This document shows positions 1 to 31,394 of a stretch of 64,000 nucleotides of DNA, one piece after another. Each line of letters starts with the position of its first letter. The first letter of the stretch is position 1. The stretch spans positions 4,030,001-4,094,000 of the forward strand of contig CM035362.1 in the NCBI GenBank assembly GCA_020137815.1. Direction: 5' to 3'. A program made the position numbers and the translations under genes. Under the pieces are notes generated by a model that searched no databases, was not told the DNA's origin, and saw nothing but the letters and a program-made list of their open reading frames with translations. Origin of the DNA: Hormiphora californensis (Eukaryota; Animalia; Ctenophora).

Positions 1-1120
1 AGTATTACTACTAGGAGGATCAAGAGGTGGCACTACCCGTGAAGACTGCACAGAAGCAACGACTGGTGGCCGTCAGATCTAATGTCAGTGAAGATTCAGA
101 CGAAGTTAGTTCCACAACTTCAACAAGTTCGGCGGACAGGGAAGAAATGGGGCAACTGGATCGCATCATCGGCTACGTGAAAAGTAACAAGTTCAATTCA
201 GATGCGTTCTGCTCGAAAAGTTGAGAGAGAAATATCCGAATGATGCAAAGCTCTCTCATAAAATGAAAATCAAGCTACATTGTCTGTTAGAGCTTCTTGA
301 TGGATTTGAGTGTTTTGATGAGTTTGCTGAGATGGCTTGAGAGAAAAAAAAAGAAACTGATTCGTATGATTTGACCCAAATATTTCATTTAGACGTTTCT
401 CAAACATTGAGCGTGAAATATTTATTCTACCGATGCGTGGTTAGAGATTCAAAAGATCATTAACATAAGTTTTGTATCTTTAATTTCTTAAACTTTTATA
501 GATCACCTCGACGTTAGGCTTTAGCAAAAACTCGTTCTATTTCTGAGTCCCACCTTTGAGTGTCATCACTTTTTTGAAGGATTTATCTACAGAGTAGTAG
601 CGGTGTCTCAGGTAGATGTAAGAAGGAAGGAAGCGGTGCAGCGTATTCGAGCTCTTGAAGTATAAAGCAATAACTAGTAAGGGAGAAGAGAGCTCCAAAA
701 AACCAAACTTTGGATTTTGTGGAGAACAGAGAGTACGCTGACGGTCGGCGTTCTCGGTGGACACCAGAGTAATTTCCAGAAGGCTTCGTCCCCTTGACCT
801 GTGGCTTGACTTTGCGGCCCCTTGGCCCTACTTGAGGGGGCTCTGCTCACTTCACCCCGCCGGGGCTGCGTCCCTGGGACCCCCTTGGCAAACGCTGCTG
901 GCCCCCGATAGTGCGGGATAAGGCAGCGACCCCCATACCCCTGCGTCGACCGAGGCTGCCACCCATGAAACGACTCACACCCCTGCATTACCTAAAGTTT
1001 AACGCTTTCGTAATTGGCATATATGCAGTATGCTACAGACCGGCATAAGGCAACTCTTTTCAACGCTTTTGAACTTTTTACTTTCGTAAAAAACTTTTTT
1101 TTTTCAGAAACGTGTGAAAA

Positions 1121-4100
1121 AATAATAATAAAAGAAGCCACAAATGGCCTAACACAAAACAAATCAAAACAAACAAAAAAACACAAATCCCGACATGACA
1201 AAAAAAAGAAAATAACGCAAAAAAAATCAAAACGCTAAGAGCACACGCCCTAAAGGGGACCAGAAAAGACAAGAAAAAAGGAAACCAAGCGAAGAGAAAA
1301 GACTACTACACAAAACACACACACACAAACAAAACACCACAGCACTCACCCAAATGCAACACACATGCACAAACACTCGACATACAAAATATATATTGAA
1401 TTAAATCATCATAGTAGTTAAAGGTGGATTAATTAATAAGTTAGAGTATTTAATAAGTTAGATTAATATGATAGCTTGAAACCACGTTTCAAATAAAAAA
1501 CACGGTAGAAAAAGGTGCTGTAAAAAACTCAAGGTTACAGATCAGTGGTCGTATGATTTGTCGAAAAGGTAGGTCTTCAACCTTGATTTGAAGATGACCT
1601 CATCTGAACAATTTCTGATAGAGGCAGGTAGGCTATTCACAGCCTAGGTCTGATACCTGGAAAGCACGCTGAGACGTTTTGTACTTGGTGGAAAAGTCTC
1701 TCTCAAGGAGGGTATCATCATTGTCATACCTCAGAGATTTGATTTTAGGTTGTCGCCGTTGGATAATATCCTGTAAATATGATGGTGCAAGATTGTTGAG
1801 ACATTTGAAAACCATGAGACAAATCTTGAACGATCTGGCCGAAACAGGAAGAAAATGTAGCTGCTTTTGAGTTTAGTCACTCCTCTCCACTGCCTTCTGC
1901 CGAAAACAAATCGTGTCGCAGAGTTTTGAACTTTTTGTAGTCGAGAAATGTCACTTTGATCTGCACCAATTAACACGTCCATTGCAATAATCAAGACGTG
2001 AGTGTATCAAGGAGTGGACAAGTGGAACCTTGTGTTCCTCGAAAGTTTGCAGCAATACGCCGAAGATTGATGAGATTCAGGTTACATTCCTTCACCACCT
2101 TTGAGACATGAGCCTTCATGGTTAACCTTTCATCAAAGATAACTCCAAGGTTTTTGGCCTGTTGAGATGGGGTAATGTCTGCTTTTGATGACTGACTGAT
2201 ACCTCTTAGTGTCAGTGTATCATTATAGCCAATCGGGTTGGGACTTCTGTCAGTTCTTGATGAGATGAATAGCAGCTCTGTTTTCGAAGGATTGAGTTTT
2301 AGGTAACTCGATGCCATCCATTTCTCAACCTCGGTAAAACAATTTTGCAAACTGACTTTCACAATGTGCCCAGTTGTTTGTGTGTAAAGCTGATATATAG
2401 CTGAGAATCGTCTGCGTATAAATGAATTTAACACCATGTCTAGCTGCGATAGTCTCAAGATCCTTAGTGAAAAGAACAAAAAGAAGAGGCAAGAATAGAC
2501 CCGGGGTATCCAATACAGATTCCACCTCTGATGATTGACCTGTCCAATTTTTACAAATGCCTTCCGCTCTTGAAGATATGAAGTAAACCAATAAGGGCTA
2601 CTCCCTTAACACCATACTGTGCTCGAGACGGCGGAGAAGTGTAGAATGGGGAACAGTATCAAACGCAGCGACAAATCCGAGGAGTAAAAGTACCTTTCCT
2701 ACGCTTGTCCGTCAGCACAAGTAGGTCGTTGAAGATTTTCAGGGTAGCCGTTTCACAGAATGTTTACTCCTATAGGCAGATTGAACAGACGCAAAATAGT
2801 CCATGCTGTTCAAGGTGTGCAGTGAGTTGAATGGATACGCACTTCTCGATGATTTTGGAAATAAAACTGAGGTTGGATATGGGCCTGTAACTCCCCAAGT
2901 TATTCGAGTCTAGACCTTTTCCTTTATACAGGACGGATAACTGCTTTCTTCAGCGCCGATGGAAAAACCCCACTCTCCAAGCTTCCGTTGACAATTGAAT
3001 TGATAACAGGCATGAGTTCATGGACACATGCAGCCATGAGCTTCGACGGAACTGGGTCCAGGTCACACGCCTTGTAGTTTAGGGTGATCGTATACTTGAC
3101 CAAGTCCTCACTGGTAACAGGCTGGAAACAGTTAAACTGGGAGGAACGTTGTCACTAGTGGAACTAGTAGAAAACTCCTGATCTTCATCTGATTGCAAAC
3201 TCTGAATATCTTGGTAGATTTTGTTATCTTCTCCTTGAAAAATGTCATGAACTTCTGGCAGAGTTCATTTTCATCACTGTGTGTTCTGGTAGAATTGTAG
3301 GATTACGTTCCTGTCCAAGTAGTCCATCATGATTCTGTAGGTTTTCTTAGAGTATTACGCCTCTTCAAGCCGGGCCACGATAGTAGTCATTTCTAGTTCC
3401 AACAATGTACTTGGTGGCAGCCTTGACTCTTCTCGAAGAGTACGAAGAGAATCAAGTAGTTGTTGATACACACCGATTTTTTCAATAAGGCTCGATATTT
3501 TCTCTCTGCTGCTCTCGGCGACGTTTAGCATCTTGGCAGCTGCTGTTGTACCATCTAGGACTGGGTTTTCCGGAACTATAGTTTCAACAACTGGGGCAAG
3601 TTCATCTAGAAACTCCGTAAGAAGCTCCTCAAAGAGTTCAATAGCCTCATCAAGATTTGTTGTGAAGATATCAAGGTCACAAGAGTGGAGATTTCAGGAT
3701 TTCACTTCTGAATGAGTCCAAGTCAAGGGATTCAATGTTCCTCTTCTTAACTGAAATGTACTTCTTCCGCTTGGTAGGTGCACCAATGTGCAAATTGAAA
3801 GAGACCAATGCATGGTCAGGTGCCGCAGGGATCAATTAGCTTCCACGTTAGAGATCGGAGATGAACTGGGTGGGAGTGATTTAGCAACAACAAGGTCAAG
3901 TATACCCCCTGCTATATGGGTAGGTTTTATTTCAAAACTGATGAAAAAGATGGTCATCCAACAACTGGAGGAATGATTTAGCAAAAACTCGAGCTGCTGT
4001 CGTGGATATGGAGTTTGAGTCTCCTGTGAAAACAATTTCACCTGATCTACCAGAAAGTTCATGTAAAAGCGTTTCGAACTCATCTAGAAATAAGGCTGTA

Positions 4101-5693
4101 GGACTCGATGGAGGGCGTATACGCCAAGAAGTCGAAGAGGTTTAATTTTGAGGATGCGTGATTAGGGTTTCCACACACTCGAATGATGAAAAGGAGTGTG
4201 TTACCTGAACATGGTGGAAGGATTTCCTCATGAGGATGGCAACACACACCCCTCTAGAGCCACGCGACCGACTGATCAATTTGTAACCAAGCTCTTGTAC
4301 TCACTCCAATAGCACTCTCGGTAAGATTAAGCCATGTCTCAGTCAAACATATTGCATCAATATCGTTGTCAATCACACTAAATAACACATCATAAAGCTT
4401 GTTACGAATAGAAAAAACAATTAAGGGTGGCCAAGTAAGCTCTAACTGGTTTTTTGACTTGGCAACATCAAATTTAGACTTATAAACTGGACAGTCTTGG
4501 CTGCTTGCAGCAGCGTGTGAAACATTAGATGGCCTTCTGACGAAAAGTTAATACAAGACGGGGTAAAGTTCGTGTTTAATTTGACACTGCAGTCCTTCGT
4601 CGCATGGCCTCCTGCACAATGGGCACATACTGCATCCTTAACACACGTTTCAGAAGTGTGATGGAACCCCTGACAGGTGTAACATCGGATAACGTGGACC
4701 CTGTCAACAACCTTGCACGCCGAGTAATCGACATAGACCACTCGTTTAGATTGAGTAGCAGTTGACGTTTGATGGGTGGGCAGTCTGATGCCTACCGTAC
4801 ATAAGTCCGGATTGCTTGCATTGTTTTTGAAATAGACCACGTCAACATCTTCATGATTAAGTTCGTCATTTTTTTGCTGCAATAATTCGAGTATAGCAGC
4901 ATTTCTCTGCACCCGGTCTTCAATTTGCTTGATTTCGTCTGTGAGAGGGAAGTTCAGGATCGAGAGTTTACTGGTGGGGGATGCCCTTACTCTAACGGAT
5001 TTTCCTTGCAGTCCAGTGGTTAGGGCCTCTGCGCTTTTATCCCCTCACTCTCAGGAACAGTTATTATGACAGAGTTTCTCTTTGTGTCCAGTTTAGAGAC
5101 CTTTGTCTTTGATAGGGCACTTTCACTTAACCTCTTTATGTCGGCAACGTCATTTTACAGCAGTCAACCACAATCGTCCTCCGTGTGGGCGAGGTTTTTT
5201 GTGGTAGAAGCGGGAGCTACAGGTCGATTTGGTACAGTAGGTTGGTTACGGCCAGGAGTCATGGTGAAGCTTCCTTCGCAGCAGCTGTGCAGCAAGCTGT
5301 GCAAAGGTAGGCTGGGCGTGGTGTTTGAGAATAGATTGTTCGACAGTGTGAAGGATTTCCTTTTGGAATTCTGCCAGCCGTTTATCCAGAGAATCCGGGT
5401 TTACGATCCCAACCTCAGTGTCAAGGTGCTCGGGCTGGAGAGGTAGCGAGGGCAGTTGATAGTACACATACCGTCTGGTAGGCCTCTTTAGGAGTGTCCA
5501 AAGTATTGTCGGGTTGGATGTCTACCTTGCGGTAGTTCAGAATTCAGTTACATATTCAAGAAGGTTCTGGTCCCTTAATAGCTGCTGTAGAAGCTGTTTC
5601 GGTTCGGGATCCTGGGATGGAGGATTGGATGTACCATCCTCTAGCGTCGGTCTGCCCCCAATGGGCGGTTCCATAAACCTGCGGTGAGATCTC
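1121..5693 (-). mobile_element. Degenerate near-full-length CR1/L2-type non-LTR retrotransposon (ORF1 zinc knuckle, APE endonuclease, RT)
   Basis: ORF fragments in LINE order on the minus strand: ORF1 with CYTCQGFHH..C/CAHCAGGH..C (4442-4912), APE piece PTHIAGGILDLV (3832-4083), RT/C-terminal pieces LKLNPSKTE, AKNLGVIFD, LQKVQNSATRFV, LAPSYL. Many stops/frameshifts; short (TAT)n-like tail near 1121-1130. Ends approximate. Confidence 0.9.
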
Positions 5694-6029
5694 AATAAAT
5701 AGTATATATAAATAGTATATATAAATTGTTTTTGCCTGACCGGCTACACGAAGAAAATCACATAAAATACATGCAACAGTTAAAGACTAGTATGTATGGT
5801 ACAGATCTGATGAAGAGCCATCATTCTTGTTCCTTCCTCTGTAACCCCGAATAGAACAAGTTATGGAGCGGACCATTGAGAATGATAGACGAACACGGAG
5901 GTATCGAATACACTCCTGGTAGGTATAGCCAGTTTTCCGCGATTTCTTGGTTGCAAGTTGCTTCAGAGTTCTGCTGAACTCTTGACCAAGTCCACCGGTC
6001 GTTGACATAACGAGGGGAGTAAAAGAAGC
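5694..6029 (-). mobile_element. 3' terminal fragment of a CRE-clade (restriction-like endonuclease) non-LTR retrotransposon
   Basis: Translation ASFTPLVMSTTGGLGQE...LRVRLSFSMVRSITCSIRGYRG matches the conserved CRE C-terminus (FTPLVFSTTGGMG...RLSFSLLRS...CLRGSR). Followed by a short 3' UTR and a tandem tail (atttatatatact)x2. Confidence 0.8.
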
Positions 6030-7013
6030 TTTTTCGTAAAAAACTGAAAAAAGAAAAGTGCGAAAAAATCAAGATTTAAAATTCGAAATCTGAGTTGCAC
6101 TGCACTGCTTTGTGCCACGCGCACAACATTTCAAGATATTGCGCGGTTACAATTTGCGCGTGTTACTAAAGCGCTGACAAGTGCTGCTGTATTTTAATAT
6201 TTAATCATGTATGTACATAAGGAAGAGAAAATCGTCAAGTTAAATATAAAATTAAAAGTAAACCTACAAGTACACTTAATTGCCCTTAGATTATCACTAT
6301 CAAATTCAAAATAAAGATCAAATTCAAAGAATCTCCCATTCAGACTAAAGATCGAATGTACACATGTGCAGATATCATGTATGGAATTATGGTTATGAAA
6401 TTTATGCGATCTTTTAAAGCTAAAGCGAAGGGTGTTATTGTGTGTATGATAGTATCTACAAAATGGTATGATCATTGTCCGTCGCACAGAAAATGATCCC
6501 ATTTCATTCTACTCATAAAATAATAAGTTACTGAATACTGACATTAAATTTAGTGCAAATTTATCGATGATGATTATAGATTTAGATCATTAAACATGAG
6601 TTTAATTATAATATAAACTCCCACACAGACTTAAAAAATAGAACAAAATCACTAATCTCTGGCATCAAGAAACTGGCGCCAGTAGTCGAATCTCTAACTG
6701 GGGCCTCATCATCTTGTTAGTGTAAATCTATGTCTAGAATTAGGTTTCTCTGTTACCAGCTGCACCATGAGGCCTCATGGTGCAGCCAAGAATTAGAAAT
6801 ACCATTATTTACCTCATATCAGTTAGCCACAAAATAATATCTGAAATTTACTCATTTATCATCACTGATCAGATAGTCTCAGATAGGAACCGACCGACAC
6901 AAGTAAACAACCAATCAGAACTCGTTATTTAGGTCACGTGACTGGTTATCAGCCAATCAGGAACCAGTATTTCCTGATTCGGTCGGTTCCTGGTCTCCGA
7001 GATAGTGACATAA

Positions 7014-24641
<17,628 letters not shown>

Positions 24642-25266
24642 TCTCCAGGCTCGAGCTCCTATGCTCCATTCAGTTCTTTGTCCAGGCGAGATTCGAGCTT
24701 CCAGCTACTCGTCTGAACAAAGAACCATCTGGGCAAATGCACTGGGGACAATAAAAACATAGGGCTTTAAGGAAAGTTCACTACTATTTTCCACTGTTTA
24801 CTACCGTTACTAGAACTCCTAACTCCGTGTTTTACTGCAGCCTACTATCGTCTATCGTAACCTTCGCAGCCTACCATTACCTCTGCAGTAACCTTCGCCG
24901 CGTGCAGTCTTCACCATATTGTCTTCGCCGCATTTACAGGTATAAAAACCACTAAACCATTAATGAACACCCAACAAGAACACTACAATACTTATGTTTA
25001 TTCTAATTAAATTTCAATTAAATTGGAATTTGGGGTACAGCAACTTACATTTGATTCTCAGGCCATATCCTTTGTCGAGTGATTCACCATAAATTGTTGG
25101 CTATCATAGGAGAAAAAGGTGTTTATATGACATATTATATTCAATATTGATATTGATATTATGTAACTTTATATTACATGAGCGATCAAACAGGAATTTG
25201 ATAATAATAACAAATTGCAAACAATCTTAGAAAGTTTAATAAATTAGGAGTTCATCACTTGTGTTT

Positions 25267-28166
25267 TCACCGTAAGTATTTCATCTTGCTCACGAGCTTG
25301 CCCATTCGTGCAAACCGTCTTAATTCTTTTGGTACCTAAAAATAGGTGGTTTTAATTTGTTATGTTCTAACCCTCCCTTTACATTTGTGCGGGTGCGGGG
25401 CGCCCGAAACACAGTCTAGCCAGGCAAGTTTTAATAGGTAAACACGTGATATTTACCGCCCTAAACACGTGATATTTACCGCCCTAAACACGTGATATTT
25501 ACCGCCCTAAAACCGGTTCTAGGACTACCGAGACACACTAACGAGTATCTGTAGCTATTTACTTGCCTAGCTAGACCGTCTTTTGTGCGAGGTTGAACAA
25601 CTACTTACAAGACATTATATATGATGTCTTGTATTACAAGACAAAACAACTATTTACAAGACTTGTTGTTGTTTAGTTCAACCTCATACAAGGTGGCCCA
25701 TAAATTATGAGGCCGGGGGACGAGCTGTACCTCCGAAACGGTGATAGTTGTGCAAAAACAAACTACGGGAACATGCTGGAACAATTCCTTGGTAACTTTT
25801 TGCAAATTTTGAGTTTTTTATTCAAAAGTTCATTTTTCATTCATGAACTATTTACACGTTCATTAATGAATTAAGGACTCTAATTTACCGAGAGTGAGCC
25901 ATTTTGTTTGGGTTTAATTTATCTTTCCAATGAGCACCATGAAAATCAAATTGAAGCACCAGGTCACATGGCAGTTGAGAAAATGCACATGCATGATTTT
26001 GGCTCTTCCTGCGACTTTCAATCAGCTGTATCACGGCTACCTTTTGTTCAATCTTTTTTTAAATTTGGGTGAACATTGGATAAGCAAAGATCTTTGCTCA
26101 AAAGAAAAATCAAGGTGAAAACTGAAAGTTCATTTTTGAGTGTTGGTAGTTCATTCCACTCATTCAGGAACCAACATCCCTAAAGTGATGAAAAGTGATT
26201 GGTTTTGTTTGGCCCATACCCTGCGATGATAAAGAGGTGTAAAAACACGTTTCCGGGCTAGTTAGTGAGTGTCCATGTGATCATGATGATATCTGACACC
26301 TCTTCTGAGCCATAATCAAGGGATTTTCTCGAATTCAAGCATGTGATTTGGGTTATCTGTGATTGGTATCGTGCAGCAATGTTGAGAGATCTCATAGCAC
26401 CTGACACCTCAAAAATTATTATTAGCTCAATGTAATGAGTTGATTTATGATAGAAGAGATTAAAACAGACGTCAAAATGAACTAAACTACCATTTTCGAT
26501 CCAAAATCAACTCATTTCATTGAGCTAATCATAATTTTCGAGGTGCTATGAGATCTCTCAACATTGCTGCACGATACCAATCACAGATAACCCAAATCAC
26601 ATGCTTGAATTCGAGAAAATCCCTTGATTATGGCTCAGAAGAGGTGTCAGATATCATCATGATCACATGGACACCCACTAACTAGCCCGGAAACGTGTTT
26701 TTACACCTCTTTATCATCGCAGGGTATGGGCCAAACAAAACCAATCACTTTTCATCACTTTAGGGATGTTGGTTCCTGAATGAGTGGAATGAACTACCAA
26801 CACTCAAAAATGAACTTTCAGTTTTCACCTTGATTTTTTCCCCGCCCGGTGAATGCCGAAGGCATTCACCCGGATGCCTCTTGTAAAAAGGCATAGGGGT
26901 TTAGAATTCGACAATTTTATTTTACATACTAGTGAAGTGTCACGCTTTTTCTGTAACGTAACCTCCTGAGCTGCTGTTGGCAACTATCCAGTGCGGAATG
27001 CTGTCACTTACTGACTGAACACAACAGGAAATTTGCGCGCACGTGCGCGGCGCCTTTATGTTGCACTTGCAATTACAATTGTTCATAGATTTGTCATGGC
27101 GCCCTACGTCATTGTGCAATGAACATTGTTCTGCATTTGTGATCGGAACTGCAACTATTAATACTACTAGGATATCACATAGCTCAGGCAACCCATCAGC
27201 TATACCGGCTCACGTATCAGTGCCCAATTAGAGGCATGTGTGGCAACTGGCACATGCCAGATCACATGGTTGGCGGGGAAATCAGGCGGTATGGCATTAT
27301 ACCGCAATTATTCTTGTTCTTTTGAGCAAAGATCTTTGCTTATCCAATGTTCACCCAAATTTAAAAAAAGATTGAACAAAAGGTAGCCGTGATACAGCTG
27401 ATTGAAAGTCGCAGGAAGAGCCAAAATCATGCATGTGCATTTTCTCAACTGCCATGTGACCTGGTGCTTCAATTTGATTTTCATGGTGCTCATTGGAAAG
27501 ATAAATTAAACCCAAACAAAATGGCTCACTCTCGGTAAATTAGAGTCCTTAATTCATTAATGAACGTGTAAATAGTTCATGAATGAAAAATGAACTTTTG
27601 AATAAAAAACTCAAAATTTGCAAAAAGTTACCAAGGAATTGTTCCAGCATGTTCCCGTAGTTTGTTTTTGCACAACTATCACCGTTTCGGGGGTACAGCT
27701 CGTCCCCCGGCCTCATAATTTATGGGCCACCTTGTATATGAGTGTTCTAGACTAAAATATCACGAGTTGAATAATATCTCATGTACCTTTTCGACTGAAG
27801 CACTGTTGTTAGCTTTTGATTCGTTCATACACATGATCATCCAATTTTTGTATCCGTTACAGTTATTGGGTTCTGATTCGTTCAACCTGTCAAAATATAT
27901 GAAATTCGAACAATTGACAATATCAAATGTTGGAAAAACCATAAACGCAAAACAGCACACGAGAGAAGTTAAGGGCACACCACATATTTTATGTGGTGTA
28001 CATTGCTAAAAACCATCCAGGAAACTCACATTAAACATTTAAAGAACCTTTGCATTTCATCACTACATGGTGCTCCGTTGGTTTGTGTGTCACCAAGGGC
28101 CCGGTGAAGGTTTATATGGTCCCGAGCGTACAGGGGTTTTGTGTAGTATCGTCCATTCAACGGCAT
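25267..28166 (-). CDS. CHCHD1: Twin CX9C (CHCH) protein, CHCHD1/mitoribosomal mS37-like, 3 coding exons, 101 aa
   Basis: Exons 28030-28166, 27787-27886 and 25267-25335 splice in phase to MPLNGRYYTKPLYARDHINL...APCSDEMQRFFKCLMLNESEPNNCNGYKNWMIMCMNE...YLR*; two exact CX9C motifs and an N-terminal KPL motif. Confidence 0.75.
25357..25427. mobile_element. 55-80-bp mini-element family (ttgttatgttctaaccctcc...cacagtctagctaggcaa), 8-bp TSD, representative copy
   Basis: TSD gttttaat here and cctcatcc at 16566-16621; further copies at 31200-31278 (reverse) and ~58514-58585; fragments near 10035, 39475, 54080. Confidence 0.8.
25689..27734. mobile_element. Long foldback non-autonomous Tc1/mariner-type element (TA TSD)
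   Basis: ta|caaggtggcccataaattatgaggccggggg ... cccccggcctcataatttatgggccaccttg|ta; arms ~770 bp near-identical; right arm interrupted at 26837-27318. Confidence 0.9.
26837..27318 (+). mobile_element. Helentron/HINE (DINE-1-like) non-autonomous element
   Basis: Inserted in a T run of the foldback arm (absent from the other arm); sub-TIRs tttccccgcc / ggcggggaaa; 5' hairpin ggtgaatgcc-gaa-ggcattcacc; 3' hairpin gcggtat..ataccgc; ends cttgtt. Confidence 0.7.
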
Positions 28167-28985
28167 CCTTAACTGTATGTTGAGAGTTAATTTGAATTCA
28201 CGGAGCCGTGAGAGTGGGACCACAGATTACGGAAAATCTCCAGAGACCAGAAGTCTGAAATTATTGATATAGTCCGCAGTATTTACTGGGAAGGTGATAT
28301 AGGAAAATATTTGATTTGGACACCGGTCCCCGATATACCGGGCGGCGGGCAGCCTGATTTACCGGACAAACCCCCCCCCCCCCCCGGGCCCTGCGCCCCC
28401 CCCCCTGGCCCCCGAGGCCCGAGCTGCGAGCATCCCGGAAAATCGGTGATTCGGGGTCCGAATGTACTTAAAACGAAGATCTCTAAAAGACAATTTAGGA
28501 AGATAACTGGTACGATAAAAGTTGTACTGGGGACAGGGCAGAAGTCAGAACTGAGAACAGGAAATTTAAGATTTGAAAACGTTTGTCAGGAAAAGTCGTT
28601 TGTTGGTGTTGGCAAACGTTGCTGGCCCCCGATAGCAGCGCGGGATAAGGCAGCGCTTTTCAATTGTTGGTGTTGTCAGGAAAAGTTGAAATTTTTAACC
28701 TCAATTTTTCACAGTTCGGTGCGCGCGCTATAAATTTGCAACTTTATTTGCTGCTCGCAACTTTGCATTGATGTTTGTAAATAACAACGCGTTACAAACT
28801 TTTCCAACTCGACCGCACTCAGACATACCCGATGGCACCCAGACTTGCCATGCTACGCAGTCTGTCTCTTCGGCACTTTCAGCGCTTAAGCGCTTACGCT
28901 CGCCCTTCGGGCTCGCGTAAACTCACACCGGGCGCCAAAAGCCCGGTGTGAGAGCATCAGAGCTGACAGACAAGGAACATGTCAA

Positions 28986-30440
28986 ACCCAGACATACCTG
29001 ACGGCACCCAGACAAACCTGACGGCACCCAGACATACCTGACGGCACCCATACATACCTGACGGTACCCAGACATACCTGACGGCACCCAGACACACCTG
29101 ACGGTACCCAGACATACCTGACGGCACCCAGACATACCTGACGGCACCCAGACATACCTGACGGCACCCAGACATACCTGACGGCACCCAGACATACCTG
29201 ACGGCACCCAGACATACCTGACGGCACCCAGACACACCTGACGGCACCCAGACATACCTGACGGCACCCAGACATACCTGACGGCACCCAGACACACCTG
29301 ACGGCACCCAGACATACCTGACGGTACCAAGACATACCTGACGGCACCCAGACATACCTGACGGCACCCAGACATACCTGACGGCACCCAGACATACCTG
29401 ACGGCACCCAGACATACCAGACGGCGCCCAGACAAACCTGACGGCACCCAGACACACCTGACGGCACCCAGACATACCTGACGGTACCCAGACACACCTG
29501 ACGGTACCCAGACAAACGTGACGGCACCCAGACATACCTGACGGCATCTGCAGACACACCTGACAGCACCCAGACATACCTGACGGCACCCAGTCAAACC
29601 TGACGGCGCCCAGACATACCTGACGACACCCAGACATACCTGACGGCACCCAAACAAACCTGACGGCACCCAGACATACCTGACGGCACCCAGACATACC
29701 TGACGGCACCCAGACAAACCTGACGGCACCCAGACACACCTGACGGCACCCAGACTAACCTGACGGCACCCAGACATACCTGACGGCACCCAGACATACC
29801 TGACGGCACCCAGACATACCTGACGGCACCCAGACATACCTGATGGCACCCAGACAAACCTGACGGCACCCAGACACACCTGACGGCACCCAGACATACC
29901 TGACGGCACCCAGACTAACCTGACGGCACCCAGTCACACCTGACGGCGCCCAGACATACCTGACGGCACCTAGACATATCTGACTGCACCCAGACATACC
30001 TGACGGCACCTAGACATACCTGACGGTACCCAGACATACCTGACGGCACCCAGACATACCTGACGGCACCCAGACATACCTGACGGCACCCAGACATACC
30101 TGACGGCACCCAGACATACCTGACGGCACCCAGATCACATACCTGACGGCACCCAGACACACCAGACGGCACCCAGACATACCTGACGGCACCCAGACAT
30201 ACCTGACGGCACCCAGACAAACCTGACGGCACCCAGACATACCTGACGGCACCCAGACAAACCCGACGGTACCCAGACATACCTGACGGCACCCAGACAT
30301 ACCTTGAAGCACCCAGACATACCTGACGGCACCCAGACATACCTGACGGCACCCAGACACACCTGACGGCACCCAGACAAACTCGACGGTACCCAGACAT
30401 ACCTGACGGCACCCAGACATACCTGACGGCGCCCAGACAT
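28986..30440. repeat. 20-bp satellite (gacatacctgacggcaccca)n, ~72 units
   Basis: Direct reading of the 20-bp period. Confidence 0.98.
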
Positions 30441-31317
30441 CTAAGCGCACTTGAGAATCTAATCGGGGTCTGGCGCCGCCAGAAGACATGAGTGATCTTA
30501 TTATATGAGACAAGCATGCTTGTCTCATAAAAGACCGTCCTCTCCGCACCGGGCCGAGGCTTCGTGAGGCCGTGTAGCTAGGTGGGCAATGTTAAAGCCA
30601 GTGCCTGACACCTCTGAACTCAGTGCCGCGGTATTTGACAGGGTTTGTCTGGGGGCCTTTTGACTAAAAGTTCTAGTTGTCCCCATGGGAAATGGAAATC
30701 TACGAATCTAGAATGGGACCCGACACGGATACATAGATTTCCATTTATTCCGATTCGATATCAAACAAAAACGCATTTCTTGCAGAAGTGGAAATGTAAA
30801 ACTAAATGGCCAATCAATTATTAATCTTTGTAAATTCAACTTCAAAAAGACTAAAACAAACTAAAGGTCATCAAAAATACAGACGTCTAGCAGCACATGT
30901 TCACTATTCCAACAAAAAATAATTGGTACAACGAACTGTTTAGGGAACCACTTCTGCTTTTCAGATTATTTAAAAACACCTGTTTTTCTTATTTTTGCCT
31001 CTTTTAAACTTTTTTCAACGTTTTTCATAGTAATAATAAACATGCATAATATGTGTATATTTCAGCTAGTTCAGTCTTGGTTAGCAGGTCTATAAGGAAT
31101 TATACACCACACTCACGTTACACTATATCTAACACTTTGTAGTGGTTCTAACAGCTTGTAGTGGATAAACGCGGTGTCCAAACACCGTGCACATGGACGT
31201 TGCCTAGCTAGACTGTGTTTCACGTGCCTCGCTCGCGAAACTTCTTTACAAATGTAAAGGAGGGTTAGAATATAACAAGCACAGACGAACACGTAGCGCG
31301 CACGGGTACTAAAAACA

Positions 31318-31394
31318 TTGGTGACATACAGACACCTGGCGCGACCCCCGTGTGTGAGCTCAATCTTGGTCGCGCACGGTGTCTATGTCACCAA
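31318..31394. mobile_element. 77-bp palindromic MITE, 9-bp TSD (Mutator-like)
   Basis: ttggtgacata...tatgtcaccaa flanked by ctaaaaaca on both sides. Confidence 0.8.

Noticed and set aside
27-340. Ser-rich ORF at the window start
   Set aside because: Partial, apparently frameshifted and unrecognisable without upstream sequence.
28923-30549. Long Cys/Gly/Val-rich ORFs
   Set aside because: Translations of the stop-free strand of the 20-bp satellite.
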